From Lama guanicoe (taxonomy: Eukaryota), in the NCBI GenBank assembly GCA_013239625.1, contig MU054925.1, positions 34,513,538 to 34,577,537 of the forward strand: a stretch of 64,000 nucleotides of DNA, in the 5' to 3' direction. The position numbers were made by a program, and so were the translations under genes. Each line of letters opens with the position of its first letter. The stretch's first letter is position 1. Positions 10,301-25,300 of this stretch are shown one piece after another. A model generated the notes under the pieces. That model was not told the origin of the DNA. It did not search any database and saw only the letters and a program-made list of their open reading frames with translations.

Positions 10301-13300
10301 GGGCGCAGAGGCAACAGCCTCTGGGGAGGCTGCCCGCCCTAGCCAGAGGAGCCTGACCCACGGTTTGGACCCAGGAAGCCTGGCTGCAGTTCCGGCGAGG
10401 GCACAGGAGGGTGCAGGTAATTCAGACAGAGCCATTGTTCTTGGCAGAAACAGTGACAGTCAGAAACTTCTAGCTCCCTGCCAGGTTAGAACGAAAGGCG
10501 TGGGCCACATCCTCTGTCTGTCTGTCGGTCTCTCTCTCTCTGACACACACACAAGCACCCCTGCCCTGTGAGCCACTCCAGGTCGCGGGCTGGTGTCCTC
10601 GGTTACCAGCCACCAGGCAGGAAAGGTGTTCTCACAGCAGAAGCGACATGATTCTCGCCATCTTCTTAGTGTCCTGTCGCTGCTGACAAATCCCCACAAC
10701 GGCAGTGGCTTTAAACCGGCACAGATTTGCTCCCTTACAACCCCGAGCGCAGGACACCCGAAACGGGCTTCACTGGGCTAAGAGCAAGAAGGCTCGTGCA
10801 GACGCAAGAAGCGGCAGTTCCCCTGCTCAGGCACTGCTGCCTCGTGACTCTCACGCTGGGGCACAGGCCTCACAGATCAGGAGTGTCCTGGTTTGGGTTT
10901 ACATGTTTTAAATGCCTGTAACTCATTTTTAGTAGAATTAAATATATGATGGAAGGTCAAGTTAAAAATGTTGCAGCAGGCTGGCTCCCCCGGAGGACAG
11001 CCCTCCGCTGGCCTTTCTGGGCTCCAGAGGTGCCTGCGCTCCTGGGCTCCTGGGCCCTCTGTCTCCAAAGCCAGCAGTGCAGCAAGTCCCAGTCCCTCAG
11101 CTCTCCTCTTATGAGGACACCTGGGATGCTGCAGGGTCACGTAGGATCGCCTCCCATCTCAAAATCCTTACCTGAACCACATCTGCAAAGTCTCTCTTGC
11201 TGTGTGACGTTACGTGTTCACAGGTCCCGGGCGGCAGGGCGTGGACATCTTTGGGGGCCTTTATTCTCTCCACTGGACCATCAGGCACCCAGAACTCTCC
11301 CCCGACCCCAGGCTGCACACCGGACTTTTGTGAAACAATCCCCTGGCCCTAAGGGTGCAGGCCACTGAGCTTGTCAGATCCTCATGCCGTTAAGTCAAGG
11401 CGGGGGAGGGGAAGGGGTCTCTAGAATTTCTGTCCAATGTATGTGCCTTGAGTACGTCCGATTTTGCCAGTAAGGCCCCCTGGCAACACGCATTATGTGA
11501 CCCACAGGCCGCACTCTCAATGGGGAAAACCTGTGTCTGCCTCCTCCGTGCTGCAGAGCAGACCCTCTGGAGTCGGCCAAGCTGTGGGGTCCTGTGCAAT
11601 CACTGCCAGCCAGCTGGCCACCGGGACTGAATTCCCAAGTCGGCCCCACAGGCTCTGCCTGGCGGTGCTTTAGAATAAACTGAAGACCTTTGAGCAAGGG
11701 AGCAGCAAGGCTGGGGGGGTGGGTTCTGCCTTGGGATCTTTGGATGAGGAAATGGGCGGGGCCTGCCCGAGCTTGCACACCTGCTGTGCGGCAGGGCCGG
11801 GCAGACCCTGCTGTTCCTGCACATCCAGAGACTACCCCCATCGCCCACCTGGCCTGCTCTTGCTGACCCTTCTCCTCTGCCGAGACTGCCGGGGCCTTGG
11901 GGCACCTGGGCCTCGTCCGGGGTGGCCACAGGACCCCAGCACATCACACAGCCTGTCCGAGCTCCACCTCTTCGTGATGCTGAGAATGGCCCCTGTTCAG
12001 AGCTTGGAGTATTGAATCCAGGCTGGCAAAGAGCTGCTTCTTTCAAATTCTTTCGCTCAAGAACTATCTGCCGCATACCTCTCACGTAACTTTAGACACA
12101 GAAGAGAAAGTTACTGAACAAAAATACAGAAGACAACTTTCCTGAGCTAGTGAAAACATGAAATTGCAGATAAAAAGAGTTTACCATCAGAAGCAAAAAC
12201 AGAAACTCTGATGTAGGATGGTTGGCGTGAAGCTGTACTCAGGCTGACTCACTGAATTTCAGGGATAAAGAGGAATCCAGTGGTCCTAAAATGGGGTCTT
12301 TCACGAGGGGGGTTGTGGCAAATGGAGTTCTGTGCTGCGTTGTGGGTTCGGGGAGTCGCTGGCGCCCCTCTGTGTTTGTGGTGCACGTGCAGAAGGACTT
12401 TGTGCTGGAAGCCGTGGAGTTTCAGGGCCTTTTAAGGCATTTCGTGGAATGGCTGAGACGTTCCACCAGCTCTGTGCACGGACACAGTGTAAGGACGGTT
12501 CATTTTGACGGGAGACTTCACTGTGTGTTTGCGGCGTGGACACCCCCGCCCAGCGCTGCACCAGCACTCGCACTGGCCGCCTTCCACCCGGCGCCTCCGG
12601 GACACGCACACGTGAGGACGGGGATCCTGGTGGTCAGGCCGCAGCTGCCGCCTCTCTGTGGGCTGCGACATGGGGCGGGGGTTGGAACCAGCGTTTCCTA
12701 GAAAGTGAACTCAAGGGAGCCAGAGTCCAGCAGAACACGTTGGGACCCACGACATAGGGTTAGGCCTCGAGTGGAGCGTGTGTGCCTGTGTGAGGTGTTG
12801 CTTTTGGAACTTTTCCATAAATGTTCGGTTTTGCTTGGCAAGATTGGATTAGCAGCTGCGCCGTTGAGCTGTGGCAGGCGCAGAGAGCAGCTGGACCCCA
12901 GGCCCCGGCCAGACTGTGGAGGGCCTGGCTCTCCTGACTCCTGGCCGCACACCTTCCCTGCAGTTGCAGTGCGTCCTTTCTGGTGGGCTCCTCCCACGCA
13001 GCCCCAGGGGCAGGAGAATCAGCCGGCTGCTGCCCTCCCGCAGCGGTTCCCAGAGGGGGGTCCCCGGGTCGGCGGTGGCAGCCCCTGGGAACCCAGAACC
13101 GCGCACCAGAGACTTCGGGGCGGGCCAGCCTCCGGGTGACTGAGAACCTCCCGCCGGGGCGTATGCCGAGCCACCTCTCAAGGGAGGCGCTGTGTTTCCG
13201 GTCGTTTTTTTCTAAGGGAGGAGGGATTTTGTGCTTTTATTCCACATGAAAACTGAAGAGGCTGTTCTGGGCAAACCGTCTCCAGCTCCGGGGACCCTGA

Positions 13301-16300
13301 GCCAGTGATTCCCTCATCATCCGTCTCACCCTCCCCTCCCGCCCCACCAGCCTGAGGCCCTCAGTGACACCCTTGTCACGAAGTGCTGGACCTCAGGGCA
13401 CACGGGGCGGGCTGCCCTCCTCCTCCTAGCCCTCTGCCCTTGGCGTCCAGGGCACCTTACTGCCTGAGGCTACTGGCCGAGCTGGGGGCTGCTCTGCCCT
13501 GGCACGAGGTGCTGTGGCCCCACACGCCTGCTTTCCTCCCCCGGAGTCTGCACCCCACTGCAGTCACAAGCCTCAGGGCAGGCCCCTCTCTGGTCCTTCC
13601 CTGTGGCCAAGCAGCCTGGCCCATGGGGAACAAAAGAGGGAGAGACTTGAGGGCTCCTACATGAAGCAGAGAGGGCGATCAGGGAAGGCTTCCTGAAAGA
13701 GGTGACATTGTAGACAGGCCTGGGTGAGAACTGGGCCATCTCTGGGCAGGGCCATAGGTTTTTGAGTAGAACAGAGGCACACCGGTGGGGAGGGAGGATG
13801 ACCCATCGTGGAAGCATCTCGATCCTGGCCTGGAGCCTGCACCCCTGCTGCACTCACGGCTCTCCTCCTGCAGCTGGCACTGAGGAATGCCCTCCGGTAC
13901 TTCCCCCCGGACATCCAGGAGCTGCTGGCCCCCGAGTTCGCCCAGGAGCTGCGACTGTATGGGCACATCTACATGTACCGGTTCTGTCCCGACATGGAGA
14001 TGAGGTGGGTGCAGGTGGGCCCCTGGGGGACCATGTGGGGTCAGGAAACAGGGAAGGGGGACCAGGCTGTCAACCCCAGAACGGCCAAGCCCGCAACATG
14101 GGCCAGGCTTGGGGCTGCAGCCAGCTCCAGGCAGAAGGATCTGCCCTCCTTATGCCCCCAGGAGATGCTGCCCCACTGGGCACCGTTGTTCTTGAAAACA
14201 CTAGAGGCCCAGGCTGTCTGGACCACCCCATGAAACAGAACTGCGTCCCCTCACTCCTGCGCAGGACTACTGGTCTGGCACCCGCTCCAGGGTCGGTGCC
14301 AGGGGCCTGGTGGAGCGAAGGGGAGGACGGATAGATAAAGTCGGCCTGGAGGAGAGGCTTCTGCTGTGCTTTGAAGTCAGCCTTCTCCCCGGTGGAGCCT
14401 GCCAAACGGGAGGGAGGCAGCCTGGGCGGGGTGAGGTCCCACTGCCCATCCCGGGAACAGTGTGAGTACCGGAGCAGTTGGCCTGGTGGTTTGGAACCAG
14501 CTCCTGCTGGGAGCTCCGAGGGGCCCTTCCGCAGGGCGCCGGGCTCGCTGTCCCCACCTGCGACCAGGGGCTGAGCTGAGGCCATGCTGGGCTTCAGCCG
14601 CAGGCAGGAAGCCTGTGCCACCCGACAGCAGGCCTGGCACCTGGACCCCCTTGCAGGGCCTACCCGGTGGAGCAGTACCCCTGCCGGACGCGCGCGGCTG
14701 CAGCCATCATGCACATGGTCATGAACAACCTGGACCCTGCCGTGGCCCAGGTAACAGCTGAGAAGCGAGAACTGGGCCTGGGCCAGCGCTGCCCCGTGGA
14801 GACGCACTGTGAGACACACGTGTGACGCTCCCAAGCCTTTTATTTAGAAATAATGATGGATTCACGGGAAGTTGCAAAGGCAGTGCAGGGAGGACCCCAC
14901 CCCCTGTCCCAGGCGCCGCCAGCGGCTGCCTCTCCCGTGACCCGGGCACAGGCGCAGCACCACGACATCCACGCTGGTACAGCGGACGCACTCGTGGTTT
15001 TACATCCTCTAGTCTCCACGAAAGCTAAAAGGAAGCAGCTTTCATTTGGTGGTTTGTCCCAATGTGTCCAAAACATTATCATTTTAACACGTAATCTATA
15101 TGAAACTTACTGAAATATTTTGTAGACTTTTTTCCCACCGAGGCCTTGAAATCAGGGGTGTTTATCTCAGCATTTTATGCTTAGAGCTCGTCAGACGCCT
15201 GTGGCTCCGGTGCCTGACGCCCGCCCACATGTGGGCGGTGCAGGTCGGGCCACATGTGCCTGTCCCGGGTGTCCTCCAGCGGCAGCCTGTGCATCAGATC
15301 CCTGCATTCGAGAAAGCATTTAGCCTTCGGGGCACTTGGCCCTGAGCATCATGCTTGTGTGTGAAAGGGCCCTAGATCTTTACTGCCCACCTCGTGGCGA
15401 GGGTGTCCTCAGCCCTGGCCCTAGGATCTGCTCAAGGACAGGCCCCAACACTGGCTGCAGGCTGAGTTCCCGAAGTGACCCCAGACCCAGCTCTGATGCT
15501 CACCCTGAGCTGAGCCCTGACCCTGCTCACAGGTGGGCCGCGGTCCCCTGCCCTTGACCCTTCCGGCTCCCCTCCCGCCCTCCGCCGGCCTACCACTCCT
15601 CCTTCAAGGGCCTTCGGCCACCTGCCCCTTGAGTCCAGTGCAGGGGTGGGAGGCCCCCACCTTAGCTGACACCATGTCTTCTCCAGTTCCCCCAGGAGCT
15701 TGTGACCTACGGAGGAAACGGGCAGGTGTTCAGCAACTGGGCTCAGGTGCGCTGGCTGTGTGGGCGCTCCCCTCAGGACCTACCCCCTACCCTGGGCTCC
15801 CCCGCCAATCTCTGGCCTAGAAGGGCCCTGCAGACCCACAGCTCGACTCAGTCTCTACCTCCCTGATGCCAGGCTGTCTGGGGACATTGGAGGTCCTGAG
15901 GGCAGAGCCCTGGAGTGTCGCGGAGGCTGGGGGGGACCGGCTGCAGCCTGGGTGGTGACGGGGCCGGAGAGGCCCCCTCACGAGCCTGTGGTTTCGCTCT
16001 GCCTGCAGTTCTGGCTGACGATGACCTACCTGGCACAGATGACAGAGGAGCAGACCCTGGTCATGTACAGCGGGCACCCGCTGGGCCTCTTCCCCAGCAG
16101 CCCCGGGGCCCCAAGGCTGGTTATCTCCAACGGGATGGTGGGTCCCTGGGCAGCAGGGGAGCCGGGGCCCCCCGCCCACTGACCCCTCGTTCTGGAGGGC
16201 CCGGTGCGGCCCCGCCTTCCTCTGTTCCTCTCTTCCAGGTCATTCCCAACTACTCCTCCAGGACGGAGTATGAGAAGCTCTTCGCCATGGGAGTCACCAT

Positions 16301-19300
16301 GTAAGTCACGGTTTCTGTCTGCCACGGCTTCGTGGTAAGAGGACGCAGCCACGGTGACTGCAGCTCCACAGCCCCTCACGGTGGAAGGCCTGCAGCGAGC
16401 TTCGTGTTTATGTGTTTGCTGCTAGTTCGTGGGAGGGCCTACGATTTGTATACGCTTGTGAGCGAATGAACGTACAACTTGAATCCCACTTTTTGCAACA
16501 GTAGATTATGATCACTTTCAAACCTACAGAAAATTGAAAGAATTGACAGGGGACACCAAGCTCCTGGGCCTGACCCGCTGCTGAGCTCACTTCGCGTCCT
16601 ACCTGCCTCTCCAGCCCTCTCTCCGGGGTCTTTGTGACGCATCTCAGAGTAAGCTGCACACACCATTGCCTGGAATTCAACGTTTGTGCGCAGAGTTTTT
16701 CCTTCTAAAGTGAAGTTGACACATCACGAATGCACGTCTGCACGCGTGCCGTGGCCTCTGTGGGAGGCATGTGTCTGTGCAGGAAACCCCTGGGGGCACA
16801 GCCGCCCTGCCGGGCATGTCGACGTTAACGCTCTCATTGGAGACCTTCCCTTGAACGTCATTATGGAAGGAGCCGCAGCAGGAAGGGAGTCCCTCTCCTA
16901 CCCCAGACGCCCAGCCATCACGTCTCCTGTGACCTTCCCAGCACCTCTTGTGCGTGTGGACTTCCGACGGGGCTGGTTGGACACGGGGGGCAGGGCCTGC
17001 CGCGCCTGCCCCGCTTCAGCTGTCCCATCTCAGGAGACAGGAGCAGACTCACTGTTTCACCGGCAGTTCTCCACTGCCCGGTGATTTGTGCAGCCCACCT
17101 GCCACCTGGGTTGGGTTGTCTTCAGCTCTTTGGGGAGGTGCAGACGCAGCAGCAAACCCTGATCCGCTGTCTCTGGGCATCTCTGGGGTGTTGCGCTGGG
17201 GTTGTTACCACGTGAAGAGTGCTGAGTCTGCAGTACTGGGAGCCGGCCCAGCAGGCCTCAGACTATGGCTTATGATGTGACCGTGACCTGTCACTGCCAC
17301 GTGCTCTAGTAGCCACAGACGCCTCCAATGCAGGGACCAGCGTTGACCCGTTTGTGGAGGGGGAAACAGGCTCAGAAACCCAGTTCCTTTTTTGGTTCGT
17401 TGTGAGCAGTTACCGTCGCTATCTGACAACAGCATCCAGCAAGGTGCTGTCATTACTATTTATCGCGAGGCCTGACGCCCCCTTCTGTAGTGGGAGCAGA
17501 GAAGCGGTTGGTGCCTGGCTCTGTGCCTCCTGAGTGTGGCCTTGGACCGGCCATCAGGCCGGGGACAGGCGGAGCTGCAGAGTCAGGCCTGGTCTGGCCG
17601 CCCCGGGGCGCTGACCCATGCGCCGACCCACGGTCTGCGGGCAGCTGACCAAAGAGAAAATACAGAAGAGCAGCGGAGGGGAAGGGCTTCCTGCACCAGG
17701 AGCCTGAGACCCACTGCCCAGACCGAAGCCTTCTCACCCTCAGGCTGAGAGAAGCAGGCTGGAAATAGCCCCCAGCACCCTGGGGCCGCGGGGAGACAGG
17801 CGGCCGCAGACTGGGGGCCAGGAGTCAATGCCGCAAGCCTGGGGTCGCCGGGAGGGCTGCCTCTAGTGACGGGGTCCGAGGCCCAAGTGGAGACACTCTG
17901 ACCCCCAGTTTTACTCCTAAGAGTGCCCTGGGGGCAGCAGACCAGGCAGACAAAGGATGCATCAGAGGGGTGTAAGGTGGGCTCCCGCCCTGCCCGGTGT
18001 CCCTGTGTGGCCTTGGACCTCGGGGCCTCTCTGCGAAGAGCGGTTAATAGCCCCTGCCTCCTCAGAGTTGTGTGAGGGTTAACAGACCCGGCTTCGGTGG
18101 CGGGGGGAGGGGCGGGGAAGGTGCTGGGTGCTGGGTGCTGGCACCCTCCAGACTCCCCTGACCCCAGCCGCCCTCAGGCAGCCGCTGAGAGCTGCCCTTC
18201 CCACCACTGCTGAAAATGCAAACGCTGGGCTGTCATCATGGGATGCAGACGGGCGCGCTCACACGCCGCTGGTGGCTGTCACCCGCGAGCTTTACCTGGT
18301 GATACTCTGGACGTTTGCACCCGTGTCCCAGGGTGGCTGGAGCCGGGCCATCCCGATCTGCGGCCTCGGGCAGCGGACTGGGGAGCCAGCACCAGGGAGG
18401 CGCAGGGTCTGCCGGTGCTGATGTGGAGAGACCCCACAGGCCTGTGTTTGGGGGAAACAGACTGAGGCCATTACATAAATCACATTAACCCCTCACGCAG
18501 GACTGCACACCAGTCTCGTGTGTGGTGGGTGAGCCCTGATGCGGGTGCCTGGGGCGCCAGCACCTCTGGCCGGAGCCGGAGCCCCTCCTGGCAGCTTGCC
18601 CGCAGAGGTGGCCAGACGTCCTGGGGACGGAATCCTGGGAGGCCTCTGCCTTCTCCCCTCTGCATGTCCCCGCCCGGGTCCTCCTCCTGGGGCGGGTTTG
18701 GTCCTCCCTTCACCTGGAGGTGCTGGGTCGGGTGCTGGGTCTCTGGTCCATACACGGTCCCCCGGGCGACGACCAATTTCACTGCAGTTTCAAGGGAACG
18801 ACGCCTGGCTGTGAAGGGTCTGAGGGGCCAGAGGGGACCAGAACTGGGGGCTGCTGCCTTTGCTACTGCTTCCTTTTGTTTTTTCAGGGGTGTACTCATG
18901 TGCTGAGGCGAATACCGCTCTTCTCCGCCGTCTCAAGTGGGCGGTGGAGGGGCTCAGCCGCTCCTTCTCTGTGCCCAGGTACGGCCAGATGACCGCCGGC
19001 AGTTACTGCTACATCGGCCCCCAGGGAATCGTCCACGGCACGGTGGTGAGGCGCGGGCAGGCTGGCCTCGGGGGGGGGGGAGGGCGCGGGCGCCGGCAGT
19101 GACCCGACCCCTCGGCCCCCAGCTCACCGTGCTGAATGCCGGGCGTCGGTACCTGGGCGTCCAGGATCTGGCCGGGAAGGTCTTCGTCTCCTCCGGGCTG
19201 GGCGGCATGAGTGGGGCTCAGGCCAAAGCCGCGGTCATTGTGGGCTGCATCGGTGTGGTGGCGGAGGTGAGACCCTGGCAGCACCGGCCTCCGCCCTTCG

Positions 19301-22300
19301 GCCTCCCCATCCAGCTCCTGTGCCCCCGGGAGGCTCCCTGGGCAGCAAGTGCCCCTGCCTTCCGAGAGCCGCCACCTTCCCTGACCGCTGTTGGGAAAGT
19401 GGGTGACTGACACAGGGCGGCCCCGTGCCTTGGTCCCAGGTGGACAGAGCGGCCCTGATGAAACGCCACGAGCAAGGCTGGCTGATGGAAGTGACCGACA
19501 GCTTGGACGGCTGTATCGAGAGGCTCAGGTACAGTGCCTGGCCCAGGGGAGGGGAGGAGGCCCCGAGGTCCTGCTGTCACACAGCTGAACACACCTATCT
19601 GTGCAGCCCCGGGTGACAGGCGCCTGAAGCGGCCCGTCTCACTGTGTCTCTGCCCCCGGTCCACAGAGACGCGGGTGGGAGTGGGTGGGAGTGGGTGGGC
19701 CCCCCACAGCTCTGAGGCCTTGGGGGTGCTCAAGTCCTCTGCTGCCCCGAACAGGCTTTCACTTTCTGTCCTTTCATTTTTCCACAATGTTTAGAATCCT
19801 CTCTAGTGACGCCTGCAATTTGAGGGTCCCCTGGAGTGAGAGTCCTAGGAGCCGCAGCCCCAGTTCTATGAGTCCAATCCTGCGGCCGGTGGGGGGCGGG
19901 TTGTCACCACTGTCGCATCCGTCTACATTTGGGGGATTCAAGGCTGCGGTTCCCCTTGGGTCGGGTCCCTCACCAGCTCGTGTGAGTGTGGGGTGGGCCG
20001 CCGTGGGCAGGCGCCAGCGTCATCTGTCCTGCCCTGTGCCCTTCCAGGGAAGCGAGGAAGAGGAAGGAGGTGCTCAGCCTTGGTTACCATGGCAACGTGG
20101 TGGATCTCTGGTAAGTGGGGGGAGCTGGCAGCCTTGGGGACCCCGGTGAGCGCCCTCCAGCCAAGGTCCTGATCCTGGCCAGGCGCTCCCAGCAGGCACC
20201 TCAAGTGTCAGCTCCAGCTTACACGGCCTGGGTCCCAGCTGAGCTCAGGGCAGCCTCCTCTGCTCCGCCCGACAGCCCTCCTGCTGAGATCTGTCCAGGG
20301 GAGGCAGGATTAGCCTCTGCGCCTGGCTGCCGGTCATGCTGGCTGGACAGCACCCTGCAGTGCCCTGCGTGCCCTGGCTGTACACCCCGGTCCTGACCAC
20401 CCCACCTCTCCCCAGGGAGCGCCTGGTCTATGAACTGGACATGACGGGGGAGCTGTTGGTGGACCTGGGGTCAGACCAGACGTCCTGCCACAACCCGTTC
20501 AATGGTGGCTACTATCCCGTGCAGCTGAGCTTTGCAGAGGCCCAGAGCCTCATGGCCTCCGACCCTGTTGCCTTCAAATGCCTGGTCCAGGAAAGGTGAC
20601 GCAGGACCCGGGCTGCTCAGGGTGTGGGGTGGGTGCACGCGGCCTGCAGGAGCTGTTGGACTGGGCAGCTCTGGCCTCTGCCTGGTTCTCCTGTGGTCCG
20701 CTTTGTGGCCTTGAGCAAGACCCTTAACCTCTCTGGGCCTCTGCTCCTCCTCTGTCAGACGGGATCATGGGTGCACAGGCCTGTGGGGATGCTGGGGGAT
20801 AGACTGGGGTGACATTTGTAAAACACCGGGTGCAGCTTCAGGCACGCGTCGGTGCAAGGCAGACGCTTACAGAGGGGACCTGAGAGAGCTTCTGGAAGCC
20901 GGCCCTGCCTGTGGGGTGCCAGCCTGGCTGGGCACCATGCTGGGACTGAAGGGGAAGGGGATTGTGAGGAGCTGGTGGCTGGGGGCTTCTGGGCAGGAGG
21001 CACTGGCGGGGAGGTGCAGGGCCGCAAGCTGGGGCGGGAGTCAGCAGAGTGGCAGGGCAGCCGGGGTGGCAGAGCTCCCCATGGTGTGGAGCTGACCGCT
21101 GCCCGTGGCCTGTTGCAGCCTACGGAGGCACGTGGCGGCCATCAACAGGCTGGCCAAGGAGAACTTCTTCTTCTGGGACTATGGCAACGCCTTCCTCCTG
21201 GAGGCCCAGAGAGCAGGTGAGAGAGGGGAGGTGGGCGAGGGGCACGCTTCCCTCTGCAGCAGCAGGCCTGGCCGGCGGGGCTAGTGTGTCCAGCAGGACA
21301 GGTCCTCAGCGTGCCTTCTGGAAGCTGGCCCTGCCTGGCCCTGCCCAGCCTCAGCCTCACTGGGCCTCAGTTTCTCCATTTACTCCGAGAACATAAAGAG
21401 CCATGAGGAGAGCAAGTCCAGTGCTCAGTTACCAGCTCTGGCCCAAAAAAGGGTCAGCTTTACTCCTCCGTGAAGGAAACTTTCTGTAGAACAGGCGATT
21501 CAGGCCTGAAGAGTAAGGTGCGGGAGGTACCTTGGCTCCATGTGGAGGCGCTGTCCAGGCCCGGGCCCCCACGCCAGCTCCCCTCCAGGGTCTGCAGGCC
21601 CTGGCGTGCGGTCAGGTCAGGTCGGGCACGTCCAGCACACGTGCAGACCCTGCCGGCCCCGCACGGATGGCCACTCCAGTGGTCTTCCTCCTTCCCTCTG
21701 AAAGAGACCCTGGTGATGCATCCCCTCCAGGAGGGAGCCCTCCACACTCTCCCCCGCTCTTTGTTTACGTCGTCACCGTCTGGACTCCGTGAGCAGGCAG
21801 GGCCCCGCCCCTCAGCCTCTCTGGTGACTGTGGGCGGCGCTCTGTCCACAGGGGCTGACGTGGGGAAGGTGGGGGCCAACAAGACAGAGTTCCGCTACCC
21901 CTCCTACGTGCAGCACATTATGGGGTAAGTGACCGGCCCGCGGCGTCTGGTCCTGGACACCCAGGTCTGAAGAGCCCCTCCTCTGACTGCCGCTGAGGCC
22001 ACATGCAGAGACCTGCGCTCAGCCCTGAGGGGACCAGGCCGCAGGTCCCGGCGTTTCCACCCCAAATGCAGGGGAAGGGGAGCCAAAGTGTGAGACCCTA
22101 TGCAGGGCCCCAGTAAGAGAACAGGATGCTGGGGGCTGGAGCCGAGGTCACCTTCAGTGACCCTCCCAACCTCCATGTCCCACGGTCCTGGATGTCGTGT
22201 CCAAGGAGCCGCCCGTCCCATGGCCACGCCTGAGCTCCGACTGGGCAGCTAGCGGCCTGATCCCTGCCACCCGTGTGCCTGCCTGCTGGCTGGCCTAGTG

Positions 22301-25300
22301 GGGCCCAGGACCGACGGGGAGGAGGAGCTGTTGAGGGGGAGAGGAGCCTGGAGCTGGAGTCTAAGCAGCTGGGGTGGGGCGGGGAGCCGGCGGGTGCACA
22401 TCAGAGGGGACCTGAAGAGGAGGCGTGAGAGGCCAGCGTCCTTCTCAGGTTCATTGTTGGTGGGGAGGAGGACAGAGCTGGGCCACGGCCACAGGTCCAG
22501 GGCCACCAGGGCGTCCCCAGGGGCAGCAAGAGGGGAGCCGTGAGGGGCTGGGTGAGTGTGAGAGCTCGGGGAGGGCCCTGCACCCCCCTGCCTGGGTCAG
22601 CTCAGAAGGTCAGGCCTCCTGCAGCAGATCTGGCCAAGTCTCCGTTTACTCTTTCTCCCCCTTTGCAGTTTGGTGGCCTGGTTGCCAGGTTGTCCCTAAC
22701 AGCGATCTGAGGAGTTTCCTCCTGTCTGTGTCCTGGCCCTTGCTCCTGTGGAGATGGTGCAGCCCCGAGAGGGGACAGAGAGCTGGGGAGGGACGCTGAG
22801 GGCACAGGGGTGGGGGAGGGGCCTCTGATGTGACTGTCCAGTTAGCGGCTTAGGGGCTTCCAGCAACAATCCTGGATGCTGACACCCCCGGCAACCAGCT
22901 AGCCCCCTGCCATGCACCTACCCTGCACACAGCCCTCACCCCTCAGTCCTGGAGCTCTGTGGCCTTCCTGTCCTTGGGCCATGGTGACCCCGGAAGGGGC
23001 TGCAGCCAGCCCGGGAAGCCCCCAGGTGATGAGCCTTTTGCCCCTGCAGGGACATATTCTCCCAGGGATTTGGGCCTTTCCGCTGGGTGTGCACGTCGGG
23101 GGACCCCCAGGACCTGGCGGTCACAGATCAGCTGGCCACATCCGTGCTGGAGGAGGCCATTGCAGGCGGAGGTGAGGCTGTTGGAGATGCTGGCAGGTGG
23201 GCGGCCCCCAGGGGCTCCCACAGACACCCGCCTGGCCCTGCTGGCCTCCTGCCTGGCGCTGTGGGCACCGGGCACGTGGCCGTGGGTGGCGCCTGGAGAC
23301 AGTGCTTCTGCCTGCTCATAGCTGCCCTGGGCCATCTGCCTGGTCACCTCCACACGTCCCGGCCACTCTGCGGTCCTTACCTCAGAGCGGCTCCAGGCCG
23401 TCTGCGGCTCTGCCCTCGCATGGATGGCCCTGGCTTAGCCGTGGCCCCTTCTTCTGCAGAGGGTTGGAGAGGAGGGGGCAGTTACTTTACAGCACCTCCT
23501 GGCTGTTGGGGCTTCCACCCTGGTGCTCCGAACTTTCTTCACGGGGGGCCCTGCGCCACCTTCTCTCGGGCTCTCTGGGTGGCTGGTCAGCCTTTGCTGC
23601 TTGTTTTACATCCCCATGGCCCGTTTCACCCCGCCGCCCACATCCAGGCGGGGTGGGCTTGGGGTGCTCCTGGTTAGGGATCCAGGGTGGGAGAGCCAGG
23701 TGGGTGGGGCCTTGTGGGGGCAGAGCCAAGGGGGGCGGGGAGGAAGGGGCGGGGCCTTCTGGAAACAAAGGCAGGGCCTGCAGGGGCTTCTTGGTGTTGG
23801 AACTGGGAAACCTGCTGAACACTCTGGTGGCCGTACTGCACCTGCGCTCAGGGGCTGATTCCACACGAACAGAGCAGGTGGAGAACCTGGAGGGCGCAGA
23901 TTCTGGTAAAAGGCAGTGAAGGCACTAGAAGTCCCCATGTGTGGGCGTTACTCTCATTTTTAATACTGTTGTTCAAAGTGTAAGTTTATTTAATTGAAAT
24001 TTTAACAATGTCTGTGAACCCCCGGCTCACATGATTCCTGAGGATGTAACAGTCTGTCCCCCGAGCTCCGCGGCGGCCACCCCACTCCACACGCCCTCCG
24101 CACTTTATCTACCTGCCTGTCCTGCAGGGCGGGGCCAAGCTGTGTCCACCTCAGGGCGTTTGCGCTTGCTGTTCCCTCTGCCAGAACACTGTTCCCCCAG
24201 ATCATCGTGCAGCTGGTTCCTCCTGGGCGTTTAGCACTTGGCTTGGCCGCCACCTGACATGAGAGCCCTTGGGTTCCCCGACTGGCCACCCCAGTGACGA
24301 GCACACAGCACCTATTTCTTCACGGTCTTCAGCAGCCTTTGTCCCAGGGCCTGGCTCTCAGCAGGCGCTCCCTAGGTGTTCGCTGAGGGAATGACTGACC
24401 GGGGCAGTGGCCTTACACATCTGAGCACAGGCTCACCTGGCCCCTGGCCTTGCTGTGTCCCAGAGTGAGATGGGCTGGTGTGGGGCTGAGGCTGGAGGCT
24501 TGTGGACCCCGAGTCCAGGTCCAGTGAAGGGTGCAGACGGGAGCCCCCGCTGAGCCGCCCTCCGGGGTAGGGTCTGCCCACCCCACTGCCCCGAACCATG
24601 GGGCAGGGGCTCCCAGGGCCCACGACGCTGCCTCCCTCTCTCCCTGCAGTGGACCCGGCTGTGAAGCTGCAGTACATGGACAACATCCGCTGGGTCCGCG
24701 AGGCCGCCAAGCACCGGCTGGTGAGGGCTCAGCCTGGCGGGAGGCTCGCTGGGGGGAGGTCACTCGGGGCCGGTAGACGTGAGCCCCGCGGAACTGCTTC
24801 GCTGGTGTCCCCACTGGCCTGAGGAGGCAGCGGCCGCCGCCTGGCACTGGGGGGCACTGGACAAAGAAACCTGGGGCCTTCAGAAGGCGGCGGTCCGGGC
24901 TCCAGGGCAGCGACCAGGGCCAGGCAGGCCCTTCCTCCCAGTCGTGGCACACACAGCTCTCCAGGGGCGGCCCTGCGGGGCCCTGGAGCCAGGCCCCCTG
25001 GCTTCTCAGCTGGGTGACCTAGGGTGAGTGGCTCAGCCTCCCTGGGCCTCCCACCTGGTCTGCACAGTGGAGGTGCCAGAGCGGCCCGTGCTCCCTGGCT
25101 GCGTGCTCCGAGGCTCCGCGGGGCCAGCGTGATTGGATGGGTATTTCTGTGGCTGTGAACGTGGACTGGGTCACACAGACCAGTCAGAGGGTGTCTCTGA
25201 GGAGCTGCCTTATGAGTTGGGGGCTAAGTGTGAGACCTTGGAGGAGGCAGAGGGGCCAGCCGGTGCACAGCCTGAGGAAGGAGCCAGCCTGGGGCACCAG

